Part shown: positions 8,101 through 16,900 of the stretch, in pieces
Layout: each line of letters starts with the position of its first letter
How positions within the stretch are numbered: the first letter of the stretch is position 1
Translations under genes and position numbers: made by a program
The notes under the pieces: generated by a model
What the model saw: the letters and a program-made list of their open reading frames with translations, nothing else
Database searches by the model: none
Told to the model about the DNA's origin: nothing
Source: Pyrinomonadaceae bacterium
Lineage (GTDB): Bacteria; Acidobacteriota; Blastocatellia; Pyrinomonadales; Pyrinomonadaceae
Length of the DNA stretch: 58,483 bases
Assembly: GCA_036566625.1 (NCBI GenBank)
Contig: DATCWB010000576.1
Coordinates: 1 to 58,483, forward strand
Reading direction: 5' to 3'

Positions 8101-10969
8101 CTTGACCGATGGCTTCGTGTCGCAACAAGGCCGATTCGATTTCGCCCAGTTCGATGCGAAAGCCTCGGACTTTGACCTGGTTGTCCAGCCGTCCCATGAA
8201 TTCGATCTCGCCGTTCGACAGCCTCCTCACCAAATCGCCGGTTCGATAGAGACGCGCGCCGGGCTGTCCCGAGAACGGATCGGGGCAATAGCGTTCGGCG
8301 GTCATGTCCGGCCGATTCAGATACCCGCGCGCCAATCCTTCGCCGCCGATATATAGCTCGCCGGGAATGCCGACCGGCTGCGGCGAAAAATGAGGATCAA
8401 GCACGTAAAGCTGAGTGTTGTCGATGGGTTTGCCGATGGGAGCGATACCATCTCGCGGTATCTGATCCGCTCCGGGTAAGCAGCGCACCGCCGACCAGAT
8501 GGTAGTTTCGGTTGGTCCATATAAATTCCAGACTTCCAGTCCCAAGTCGCGGAGTCTCCATGCGAGTTCGCCGGGCAGCGCTTCTCCGCCCGAAGCAATA
8601 CGCATTGGTCTGGGCGGTCGCCAGCCTACGTCCAGCAGCATGCGCCAGGTGGCGGGCGTCGCCTGCACGAAGGTCGCGCCCTCACGCTCGATTGCGTTTG
8701 CGATCTTTTGAGGGTCTAAAGCCGTCGCACGATCCGCCACAACAACCCCGCCACCGACGACCAAAGGGAGAAACAATTCGAGCGCCGCGATGTCAAACGA
8801 AATGGTCGTGACCGCAAGCAGTGTATCGTGCTCGTTGAGTCCCGGCTCGCGCCGCATCGAACATAGAAAATTCGCGAGCGAGCGGTGCGAGATTTGGACG
8901 CCTTTCGGCCGTCCCGTTGAACCGGACGTGTAGATTACGTAGGCCAGGTTGTCGGCAGCCGGTCTATCGAGCGGAGATTCCGTGGAGAGCCGATTTAGTT
9001 CACTCTCAACCCGATCCAAATAGACGACATACGCCGGGCTGTCGGGCAAATCCGCCGCCAGGCTTTCCCGCGTGAGGATTACTGCGGGACGGGCATCATC
9101 GAGCATATCGGCGAGCCGGTTTCTGGGATACGAAGGCTCAAGCGGCACGTAAGCGCCCCCTGCTTTCATGATCCCCAGCAGACTAATAATCAGATCGGGC
9201 GACCGTTCGACGAACACCGCCACGAGCGACTCGTGCGAGACGCCCAATCCGCGCAGATACCTTGCCAACCGGTTCGCGCGGCCAAGTAGGTCGGCGTAGC
9301 TCAGACTGTGGCCGTCGGCCTTAATGGCGATCCGCTCGGGCGTATGTTTCGCTTGCTCGTCGAATAACTCGATCAGGGTATGGTCGGCAGGCAAGTGCTG
9401 TTGCGTGTCGTTCCATTGATAGACGACCTGCTCTCGCTCGGCTTCACCCATCATTCGCAGTTGAGACAGCCGCGCGTCCGGCCTGACGGTCAAGTCGCGC
9501 AACAGAACAACAAAATGCGCTGCTAATCGCTCGATGGTTTCTGCGTCGAAGAGATCGGAGTTGTAGCACAGCACCGCCGACAGTCCGCGACGCGATTGTT
9601 CGACTGATAAGCCCAACTCGAATTTAGATGAGACGGCCTCCTGCTGGATGGGCATTAACGCAAACTCGTCCATCCGCACTTCACCCGCCGCGTCATCCTG
9701 CATATCAAATGACACCTGAAATAATGGCGAGTGGCTGAGGTCTCGCGCGGGTTTGAGGGCTTCCACCACCTGCTCGAACGGCACGTCCTGATGTTCGTAC
9801 GCCTTCAGGCACGTTTCACGAACGCGTGCTGCCAATTCGCGCCCCGTCGGGTCTCCGGAAAGATCGATTCGCAGCGCAAGCGTGTTAACGAACAGCCCGA
9901 TCAGCGCTTCCGTCTCCGGGCGCGCACGGTTTGCCACCGCCGTCCCCACGACGACTTCGTTCTGGCCGTTATACCGCGAAAGAACGAGCGCGAATGCCGT
10001 CAGCAACGCCATGAACCGGGTGGTGTCCGTAGCCTGGCAGAATTGCTGTAGACGCCGTGCAAGTTCCGCGTCGAGCGCAAACGAATGGCTGCATCCGCGA
10101 TATGTTTGCACTGCCGGGCGAGGCCGGTCGAGCGGAAGATTTATGAAATCCGGTGCGCCGCGAAGCTCGTTTCGCCAATAGTCGAGTTGTCTCTGTAGCA
10201 GGTCGGCCGACAGACGCCGCCGCTGCCAGTTTGCATAGTCGGTGTATTGAATCGGCAGTTCGACAAGCGTGGGTTCCCTGCCCGCGATAAACGCTTCGTA
10301 CAGTTCCGCAAGCTCGCGTGTGAAGATGCCCAGCGACCAACCATCCGAAACGATGTGATGCATCGTGACAAATAACAGGTGACTCGTTTCGCCGACGCGG
10401 TGCAAAGAGGCTCTGATGAGCACGTCGGTTTCCAGATCAAAGCAGCGTTCCGCTTCCTCCAGCATCAAACGCCGTTCAAGTGTCCGAGGATCGCATTCGC
10501 GGGAATCGGAGGTTGAATCGAAGTAGGCCAACGGACACTCCGCCCGCTCCCGAATGACGACGATTGGCTCGCCGTCACCCTCTGCAAAGTTGCTTCGCAG
10601 CACGCTGTGCCGGCGCATGATCTCGTTCAGTGCGCGCTGGAGGGCTTCCCGGTTCAGAGTGCCTTCCAGGCGCGCGGCCAGCGGCATGTTGTATGCCGGC
10701 GAGCGACCCTCCAACCGGTCGAGAAACCAGAGACGTAATTGCGAAAACGAAGGCCGGAGAGGTTCGCCGGGTGGCACGAGCGTGAGGGGGTCTGCATCCG
10801 CCAACCCCACCGCGCTTTCACCGGCGCGACGCAGATACTCCAGAATGTGCGCCTTTTGCTCTTTGAGTTCGGCCGTCAATTCGGGCGTCAAAATGTCTTT
10901 CGGCGCACGACACCGCAAGTGGTCACCATCCGCCCAGAGCATGATGCCCAGGCCGCGTAAATCCGACAT
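2186..10969 (-). CDS. terminal hybrid NRPS-PKS: docking-C-A-T-KS-AT-KR-T-TE (about 2927 aa)
   Basis: Motifs: MHHIVSDGWS (C), YTSGSTGRPKG/NLYGPTE/NGKVDR (A), FFDLGGHSL (T), QTACSSS/HGTGT/NIGH (KS), GHSIGE/HAFH (AT), TGGLGRVG/LDD/AYSAAN (KR), FFELGGDSL (T), GGHSFGS/LAILD/PGDH (TE). The ORF track starts at a TTG at 11056. I prefer the in-frame ATG at 10969 (MSDLRGL...), which begins a TubC_N-like docking domain and does not overlap the upstream gene. Confidence 0.9.
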   Translation of the reverse strand: MSDLRGLGIMLWADGDHLRCRAPKDILTPELTAELKEQKAHILEYLRRAGESAVGLADADPLTLVPPGEPLRPSFSQLRLWFLDRLEGRSPAYNMPLAARLEGTLNREALQRALNEIMRRHSVLRSNFAEGDGEPIVVIRERAECPLAYFDSTSDSRECDPRTLERRLMLEEAERCFDLETDVLIRASLHRVGETSHLLFVTMHHIVSDGWSLGIFTRELAELYEAFIAGREPTLVELPIQYTDYANWQRRRLSADLLQRQLDYWRNELRGAPDFINLPLDRPRPAVQTYRGCSHSFALDAELARRLQQFCQATDTTRFMALLTAFALVLSRYNGQNEVVVGTAVANRARPETEALIGLFVNTLALRIDLSGDPTGRELAARVRETCLKAYEHQDVPFEQVVEALKPARDLSHSPLFQVSFDMQDDAAGEVRMDEFALMPIQQEAVSSKFELGLSVEQSRRGLSAVLCYNSDLFDAETIERLAAHFVVLLRDLTVRPDARLSQLRMMGEAEREQVVYQWNDTQQHLPADHTLIELFDEQAKHTPERIAIKADGHSLSYADLLGRANRLARYLRGLGVSHESLVAVFVERSPDLIISLLGIMKAGGAYVPLEPSYPRNRLADMLDDARPAVILTRESLAADLPDSPAYVVYLDRVESELNRLSTESPLDRPAADNLAYVIYTSGSTGRPKGVQISHRSLANFLCSMRREPGLNEHDTLLAVTTISFDIAALELFLPLVVGGGVVVADRATALDPQKIANAIEREGATFVQATPATWRMLLDVGWRPPRPMRIASGGEALPGELAWRLRDLGLEVWNLYGPTETTIWSAVRCLPGADQIPRDGIAPIGKPIDNTQLYVLDPHFSPQPVGIPGELYIGGEGLARGYLNRPDMTAERYCPDPFSGQPGARLYRTGDLVRRLSNGEIEFMGRLDNQVKVRGFRIELGEIESALLRHEAIGQAVVVAREDALREKQLVAYVVPTTKSPPATEELRAFLKLRLPEFMIPSSVVFLDSLPRTPNGKVDRKALPAPDRSRPELRAVYQPPRTPTEKEIAAIWKIALDIDQVGIDDNFFDLGGHSLLMTRVHAQLRSAVASNLSLVELFQYPTVRALAAKITPGEMVTVTQSRPRPAMPDQQRDIAVIGVVGRFPDADDLGAFWRNLREGRDSISFISTDELIEAGVEPELVADPNYVPANGILSDVTHFDAGFFGITPAEAEVMDPQHRIFLESAWHVLEHAGYGGGVGEQAVGVFAACSHARYLIFNLLPHLYAQSPHSIYQVLLGNDRDYLATRASYLLNLRGPSVNVQTACSSSLVAVHMACQSLLAGESDMAMAGGVAIKVPQKSGYLYSEGMIVSPDGHCRAFDARANGTTWGSGIGVVLLKRLEQARADGDTVYAVIKGSAINNDGSLKVGFTAPGVDGQSQVIVDALACAGIDPASITYVEAHGTGTPMGDPAEVAALTRAFGVSRNGRPHCALGSVKSNIGHLDTAAGITGLIKTILALRHREIPPSIHFDTPNPQIDFQNSPFFVNDRLRNWDSNGHPRRAGVSSFGLGGTNAHLIVEESPVEEPPSASRDSQVIVFSARTDEALDQIRSNLTEFFRAGQDISIADAAYTQAIGRAQLPHRAAFVCRDSADAAAALVHPQRLRRGTTPPAAPDIVFMFPGQGEQYAGMGSELYRDEPVYREAIDRCADLLKIDLGIDLRAALYPANNDFETASLRLNETWLTQPALFATEYALARLWMSWGIRPGAMIGHSIGEYVAACLANVFDLTTALRLVAARGRLIWQQPEGAMLAVALSQGQLEDRLPTGLSIAAINAPNSFVVAGSPAGIDEYAVQLGESGIACRRLKTSHAFHSEMMDSVTARFYELLREVKFGQPAIPFISNVSGTWIRSEVITDPDYWVKHLRQTVRFADGICQLLSDPHRLFLEVGPGDTLSKLTRRQPLADKSRVVVSSISGQRNPGGEVSSGLQSEATQIADALAQLWCAGADVDWTSYFGDQQRRRVAMPLYPFERQRHWVDPLKNSPVRVTGTTKKLSLDQWFHLPTWSPSLPPGRISTGRFERSGAPWLIFTNGCKLGLDLIERLDSEGQSVVCVEESSEFACFDARRFALRPDAVSDYERLITEAAPSGFRKIVHLWNLRSDHDTDDAQETRRRGYESLVCLAQALTRRSLENPITIAVVSDWLHDVFGQGDVCPDTATLLGPCLVIPQEHPHLTIRTIDVPRPSTENVMAFSADALLAEIEGDPADPHVAYRGQLRFVPRFERVELVVDEDADSKLRDGGVYLITGGLGRVGLQIAELLFDTVGARLCLLGRTSFPDAADWQLWLDTHDGSDATSVKIRRLIALRNRGAEILVLRADVSLEAEMRTALAEIQQRFGVLHGVIHAAGALDDPSFTCALEDIDAATSQAQFRPKVEGLRVLERVVRDVPLDFCLLISSNAAVLGGLGFTAYSAANRFMDAFAAVRNRSGAAPWSSTNWDAWSFDNTSATELSMSPAESREALRRVLSRTPPGQLVIATGDLSSRYDQWVRRQGWRTAGEASVKTSHARPKGAGRIVVPGSATERLLVDLWKELFGFSSISIDDDFFELGGDSLTGIRLMSMIKDALGKRASLNLLLKEPTIRALAAALDRKDAAPVAWSPLVPIQPDGSKRPFFCVPGTGGSVVYLRDVARALGKYDRPFYGFQSAGLDGRTSPLDSVEQLAAANITALLEVQKEGPYFLGGHSFGSWVALEMAHQLKKQGREVALLAILDTAAPAERDTSALAVRNDMQWLVAVANMLQHLFGKAVVLNLESLEGLDWPARLERFAQSLVDAKIISADADRSEVRGLVDVYKTQAQMLYRPKAPYPLLDLVLLRAAEPMADFVDGIPETMKKDETWGWSDYGQGAVHVETIPGDHLTMMTKPHCNALADGLNKLLARRENQTFAEQLKATE
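2222..7573 (-). other. PKS module 11 and release: KS-AT-KR-T-TE
   Basis: KS 6293-7573 (Cys at nt 7055-7057). AT 4997-6010 (Ser at nt 5717-5719; HAFH). KR 3542-4789 (LDD, B-type). Carrier 3092-3313 (FFELGGDSL). TE 2222-3043 (GGHSFGS, Ser at nt 2813-2815; LAILD; PGDH). Confidence 0.85.
7637..10969 (-). other. NRPS module 10: TubC_N-like docking-C-A-T, Gly-like code
   Basis: Docking 10817-10969 (LWADGDHLRCRAPKDILTPELTAELKEQKAHILEYL). C 9437-10759. A 7907-9394, code DILQAGLIWK. T 7637-7849 (FFDLGGHSL). Confidence 0.8.
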
Positions 10970-10986
10970 GAGATTTTCGAGCGATC

Positions 10987-13900
10987 TCACAGAATAACTT
11001 CCTCGGTGTCCGTCTCCATTGCGGAAACTGGGTGATCTCCCTGGCTCGCAGCCCAAAGGTTGTTGTCAATAAACTCCGAAATTCGTCGTATCGTCGGCTG
11101 GCGGAATAACAACGGGATGGGCACGGCCACCTTAAGCGAAGCCCGGATACGGCCGACAACCTTGGCCGCCAGCAGCGAATGGCCGCCCAGATCAAAGAAA
11201 CTGTCGTCGATGCCGATGCACTCAAGTTGAAATGCGTCGGCCCAAATCGCCGCCAATCTTTCTTCCGTCATCGTGCGAGGAGCGATGTATGTCTCGCGTT
11301 TCGCCTGATCCGGAGCGGGCAGCGCGGCGCGATTCACCTTTCCGTTTGGCGTGAGAGGAAAATCGGAGAGGAATACGAAATGCACCGGGATCATATACTG
11401 CGGCAGAGTACGCCCGAGCGACTCGCGCAACGCTTCGAGGTCAATGTCTGCGCCATCGGCCGTGACGAGGTAGGCAATCAAATCGGTCTCACCATGACTG
11501 CCCGGTCGCGCCACGACGACGGATTGCCCGACCTCTGGACGGTCATTGAGCGCGGCTTCGATTTCGCCCAACTCGATACGAAAACCGCGAACTTTCACCT
11601 GTGCATCCAACCGTCCCAGAAAAACGAGACTGCCGTCAGCGCGGTAACGCGCCAGATCGCCAGTCCGATAGAGCCGCGCTCCGGGCGTGACGCCGAACGG
11701 ATCGGGTATGAATTTTTCGGCCGTCAGGTCGCCACGACCCACGTATCCCAGAGCCAGCCCCTCGCCGCCGATGTAGAGTTCGCCGGCCACACCGACGGGC
11801 ACTGGCCGCATTTGCCGGTCAACGACGTATAGTTGCGTGTTGTTGATCGGTCGCCCAATCGGTTCGGTTGCTTCAGTAACGCCGTCGTGCGCGACTTGAT
11901 GAACGGCCGACCAGATGGTCGTTTCCGTCGGCCCGTACATATTCCATAGCTCGACGCCGGTCGCCAGCAGGCGCGCGGCTAATTCGCGCGCTAACGCTTC
12001 GCCACCGCACAGCGCGCGGACTAGCGGCGTCCCGTGCCATTCGGCCTCCAACAGCAGACGCCAGGTGACCGGCGTCGCCTGCATGACGGTCACGCCGCTT
12101 CGCCGTATTTCATTGAGCAGGGCTGCGCCGTCATGCACCGTTTCCCGGTCGGCGATGACGAGTGTTGCGCCCGTTACCAATGGCAGAAACAGCTCTAAGG
12201 CAGCGATGTCGAACGAGATGGTCGTCACTGCCAGCAACACGTCGCGCTCCGCCAGCCCCGGCTTCTCGCGCATCGACAGCAATAGATTTGCGAGTGCAGC
12301 ACCCGAGACCGCGACACCTTTAGGTTTACCCGTCGAACCGGACGTATAGATGATATAAGCAGGGCTTGCGGCACAGGTCGGAACATCAGGATTTAGGTTA
12401 GCGAAAGCGGAGAGACGCCGGCAATCGCCCTCAAGGCAGAGAATCTCGGCCTTCGATTCGGGAACCAACTCAAGGAGATGCGGCTGCGTCAGCACCAGAG
12501 AAACCTGAGCGTCTTCCAGCATGTGACTGAGCCTGTCAACGGGAAATGCCGGGTCCATCGGAACGTAAGCTGCCCCGATTTTGTTGACTGCCAGCAGGCC
12601 AACCAACATCTCAAGCGAGCGTTCCATGAAAATCCCGACCCGGCACTCTAACCCAACACCCAATTCACCTAGCTGTCGTGCCAGTTGATTTGCGCGTTGG
12701 TTCAACTCCTCGTAGGTAAGTTTCCGTTCGCCGAAAACTACGGCGACGTTCGTCGGCGTTCTTTCAACCTGCATTTCGAATAAACTAGCGAGCGACGAGT
12801 CACCGACAGCCGCCGGGCTTCGCGTGTTGTTCCAATCGTTCAGTAACAGTCGCCGCTCCTGCTCCGGCATCATCGGCCAGCTAGCCACAGTCCGCTCCGG
12901 ATCATCAGCCAGACTTGCAAGCAAGTGCGCCAGATGTGCGAGCATGCGGCCGACCGACTCGTGATCGAAACGCTGACTGTCGTACGCGATCTTCAACGGC
13001 AGAGATTCAGCGGGCGCTGTCATTAGCGTAATCGGCAAGTTAGTCTGTTCGAACAATTCGAATTCACGCACCGTGAATGAACCGCCAACCTGCCCGAGCG
13101 ATTCATCCATGGGATAATTTTCAAAGACCACCACGCTTTCAAAGAGCGGGTCGGGCGCTGCCACCTGACTCCAGGTTTGTATCCGCGCCAGTGGGGCATG
13201 GGCGAATGGCTCGCGCGCGATCTGTTCGTTTTGCAGCCGGGTGAGAAATTCTACAACCGGCTCGTCGTCAAAGACCTTCACGCGAACGGGCAGTGTATTG
13301 ATGAACAGACCGATCATCGAATCGACATCGGCGATTTCGGGCGGCCGCCCGGAGACGGTTGCGCCATACACCACGTCGGTTGAATCGGAATACCGGCTAA
13401 GCAACACCGACCACGCGCCCTGAACCAATATGCTTAGCGTCAAACGGCGCGACTGGGCGAGCCGTTGCAACAACCGTGTAGTCTCCGCAGAGAGATTGAG
13501 CGAGCAGGTTGGGAACCGGCGCGCCTGTTCGGGTTCGGCCGAGACACGCTCGATACCGAGGGGCGTCGGGCTGGTAAAGCCTTCCAGATTATCGCGCCAG
13601 AATGAGGCGGCGGCGTCTTCATCCTGCCGTGCCAGCCATTCAATGTAATCACGGAATGGTCGCCGCTTGTCGAGTCGGGTGTGATGTCCGGCCGACAATC
13701 CTTCATAGATGTCCATGGCCTCTTTGAGCAGGATGGGCAGGCACCAGCCATCCGTGAGCAAATGATGATGGCTCCACACGAACTGGTACAGGTTGGCGTC
13801 GAGGCGAATCAGCGCACAGCGCATCAAGGGTGGTTCGTCAATCGTAAATCCACGCAGGCGATCCTCCTGTAGCAGGGTCGTCAGGCGGCGCTCGGCCTGC

Positions 13901-16900
13901 GACTCTGATAATTCGCGCCAATCGAATTCCTCCCACGGAAGTTCGACCCGGTCGAGCACGAGTTGCAAAGGATCGTTTCCGTTGCCGGCGAGAAAGGAGG
14001 TGCGCAACGCCGGGTGCCGGTCGAGGACTTGTTGCCAGCACTGCCGAAAAGCTTGTGGTTGCAGGTCGCCCTCGATGCGACACGACAACTGGATCAGATC
14101 GACGCCCGTGTTCTGCTCAAACAGAGAGTGGAACAGCATCCCCTGTTGCATTGGGGCTAACGGGTACACGTCGTCCACGCGCCGTCCCCAGCGGCGGAAC
14201 AGAGTCTCAAGCATCTCGTCGTCGGGTAGAGCCAAAGGAAAATCTGACGCCGTATACCCGCCGTTGCGCGCGTCGGTGCAATGTTCGATGAGCAGTTCGA
14301 GTTCTCGAATAAAGTCGGCGGCGACAGCCTCAATGGTTTTTCGCTCGTGTAGATTTGTACTGAAGTTCCAACTCAATTCCAATTGCGATTCATTCACAAT
14401 TCCATTGATCTCCAGCGTGTAGCGTCGCATGCCGGCCGGGCTTTGGGTCATACCGGCTGATTCCGTCGCCAGGCCGGTGAACACGGAGTTGCGCGATTCG
14501 CCGTCGAAACGCCCGAGGTAATTGAAGCTTATCTCGGCCGTCGGCTCACGCTTGAGCGGGTTCTCTTCCCCGACCGACGGGCTGAGGTATTTGAGCAGCC
14601 CGAAGCGAATTCCGCGTTGCGGCGCGGCGCGCAATTGTTCCTTGACTCGTTTGAGCGTGTCGCCGCGCCGGTCGCCGGGCGGGCGGGATAGTACGACCGG
14701 GAAGAACGACGTGAAGACGCCCACTGTCCGCGATAGATCGACATCGTCGAAAAGTTCCTCCCGCCCGTGGCCTTCCAGAACAATTCGCATGATGTCATCG
14801 CCGGTCCAGTTGGAAATGCAACGCATCAGTGCGGCCAGCAGGACATCGTTGATTTGCGTGTGATAGGCTTCCGGCACGCTGGTCAATAGCGCCTGCGTCA
14901 ACGGCTTCGACAGTTGCACGACCACCTCATCGGCCGACTCTCTTGTATTAGACGATATATCCCGCTCGTGATCGCGCGGCAGCGGCATGACCGGCACGCT
15001 CATCACCTCGCGCCAGTAGTCTAGTTCTGCGGCGGCTTCTGCGCCGGCGGCGTAACCTTGCAGACGCTCAGCCCAATGGCGAAACGAGGTTGTTTTCTCC
15101 GGCAGTCTTACGCTCTGCCGGCGACTCAGATGACCATAGACCGTGGCGAAGTCTTCGAGCAGGATGCGCCAGGAAACTCCGTCCACTACCAAATGATGAA
15201 TCACCAGCAAGAGCCGGTCGGGTTCGCCATGTCCCATGCGATAGAGCACGCTACGCAGCAGCGTGCCTTCGCTCAAATGCAGACTACGTTGTTGACGCTC
15301 CGCGTCTGCGGTCAGGGCGGCGCGTGCATCCGCCGATTCCAAATGAGAGAGGTCGCAAACGGCAAACGGGATTTGGAAGCCGCCCCCGTTGAATTCCATC
15401 CGCGGGTCATCCCTATTCAAATCGAAACGCGAACGCAGCGCATCGTGATGCAACAACAAATGATGAATTGATTCTTCGGTGAGTCGCGCATCGAGTTGTT
15501 TGGCGGCAAGGAGCAGGACGGCCTGGTTGCAATGGTGCGGATCGGGCGAGCGGCCTTCGAAGAACCAACGCTGAATCGGAGTCAGCGGTGCGCAGCCGGT
15601 GATGATGCCCTGTTCCGCGTGGATCGTTCGACGCTCGGGCGCTGCCTGAGCCAGTTCGGCGATGGTCTGCCACTCGAAAAGCTGCTTGACGGTTAGTCCC
15701 AATCCCGCGCGGTTCACTCGACTGATGATCTGAATGCTGAGTATCGAGTCGCCGCCGAGCTCAAAGAAGTTATCATAAATCCCGACGCGACCTGCGCCGA
15801 GAACCTCCTGCCAAATGTTAGCCAGCAGTTGCTCGGTTGGTGTCCGGGGCGCGGTGTAACCGGCGAATGAATTGCGAATCTCGGCGGCGGGTAAGGCGCG
15901 TCGATCAACTTTTCCATTTGCTGTCAGGGGCAGTTCATCCACAAACAAGTAGGCCGCCGGCATCATGTAATCGGGCAGCTTCGTTTTCAGGTACGACTGC
16001 AAGTCGGCAGTTTGCAATTCGCCGTGATCGGCGCGAACGCAGTATGCGCACAGCCTTTTGCTCCCCGTGGAATCGTCCACCTGGACGATAACCGCCACCT
16101 CGCGTATCTTGCCGTGCTGGCGTAGAGCGGATTCGATTTCACCCAACTCGATGCGGTAGCCGCGAATCTTGACCTGATTATCAGCGCGACCGAGGAATTC
16201 AAGTTCGCCATTGCTTCGAAATCTGACCAGGTCGCCGCTCCGATACAAACGTAAGCCCGGTTCATTTGCGAAAGGGTCTGGAACAAATCTCTCTGCTGTC
16301 AGGCGCGGTTGGCCGAGATACCCGCGTGCTACTTGTCGGCCGCCGATATACAGTTCGCCCGGCACGCCCGTGGGAACGGGTTGGAGGTGTTGATCGAGCA
16401 CGTACAGCCGACAGCCCGGAACGGCGTTGCCAATCGTCGGGGTTTCGTCGGAATCCAGCGCCACGCGTGAAACGGAACTCCACATGGTCGTTTCCGTCGG
16501 TCCGTATTCGTTATGCAGCGTCGCCTGCGGCGCAGTCGCCGCATGTCGCACTGCCAGCGACCGCGCGAGCGGCTCGCCGCCCAATACGACGGTGCGCAAG
16601 CTGGACAGTTGATCGGCGTCTGCCAAGTCCAGAATCGCACCGTAGAGCGCGGGACCGGTGATCAGGTGCGAACAACGACTTTCGCCGAGGAGTTTGACAA
16701 GCTTCTCCGGTTGCAAGGCGAGATCCTCAGACCCGACGATCAGGCGAGCGCCCCGGCACAGCGCCCAAAACACGGCGGCGTTCCCTGCATCGAAGGCGAA
16801 AGACAGAGTTGAGAACAGGCGGAGCATCGGCTCGTCGTAGTACTGCATTCGCGCCGTGACGGAACACAACAGGTTATCGTGTGTAACCATCACGCCTTTG

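Noticed and set aside
10970-11056. TTG-initiated 29-codon extension of the terminal megasynthase, as given in the ORF track.
   Set aside because: It would overlap the upstream gene by 70 nt and add residues (GCEPGRSPSFRNGDGHRG...) with no domain similarity. The ATG at 10969 coincides with the start of a recognisable docking domain. It is kept only as an alternative.
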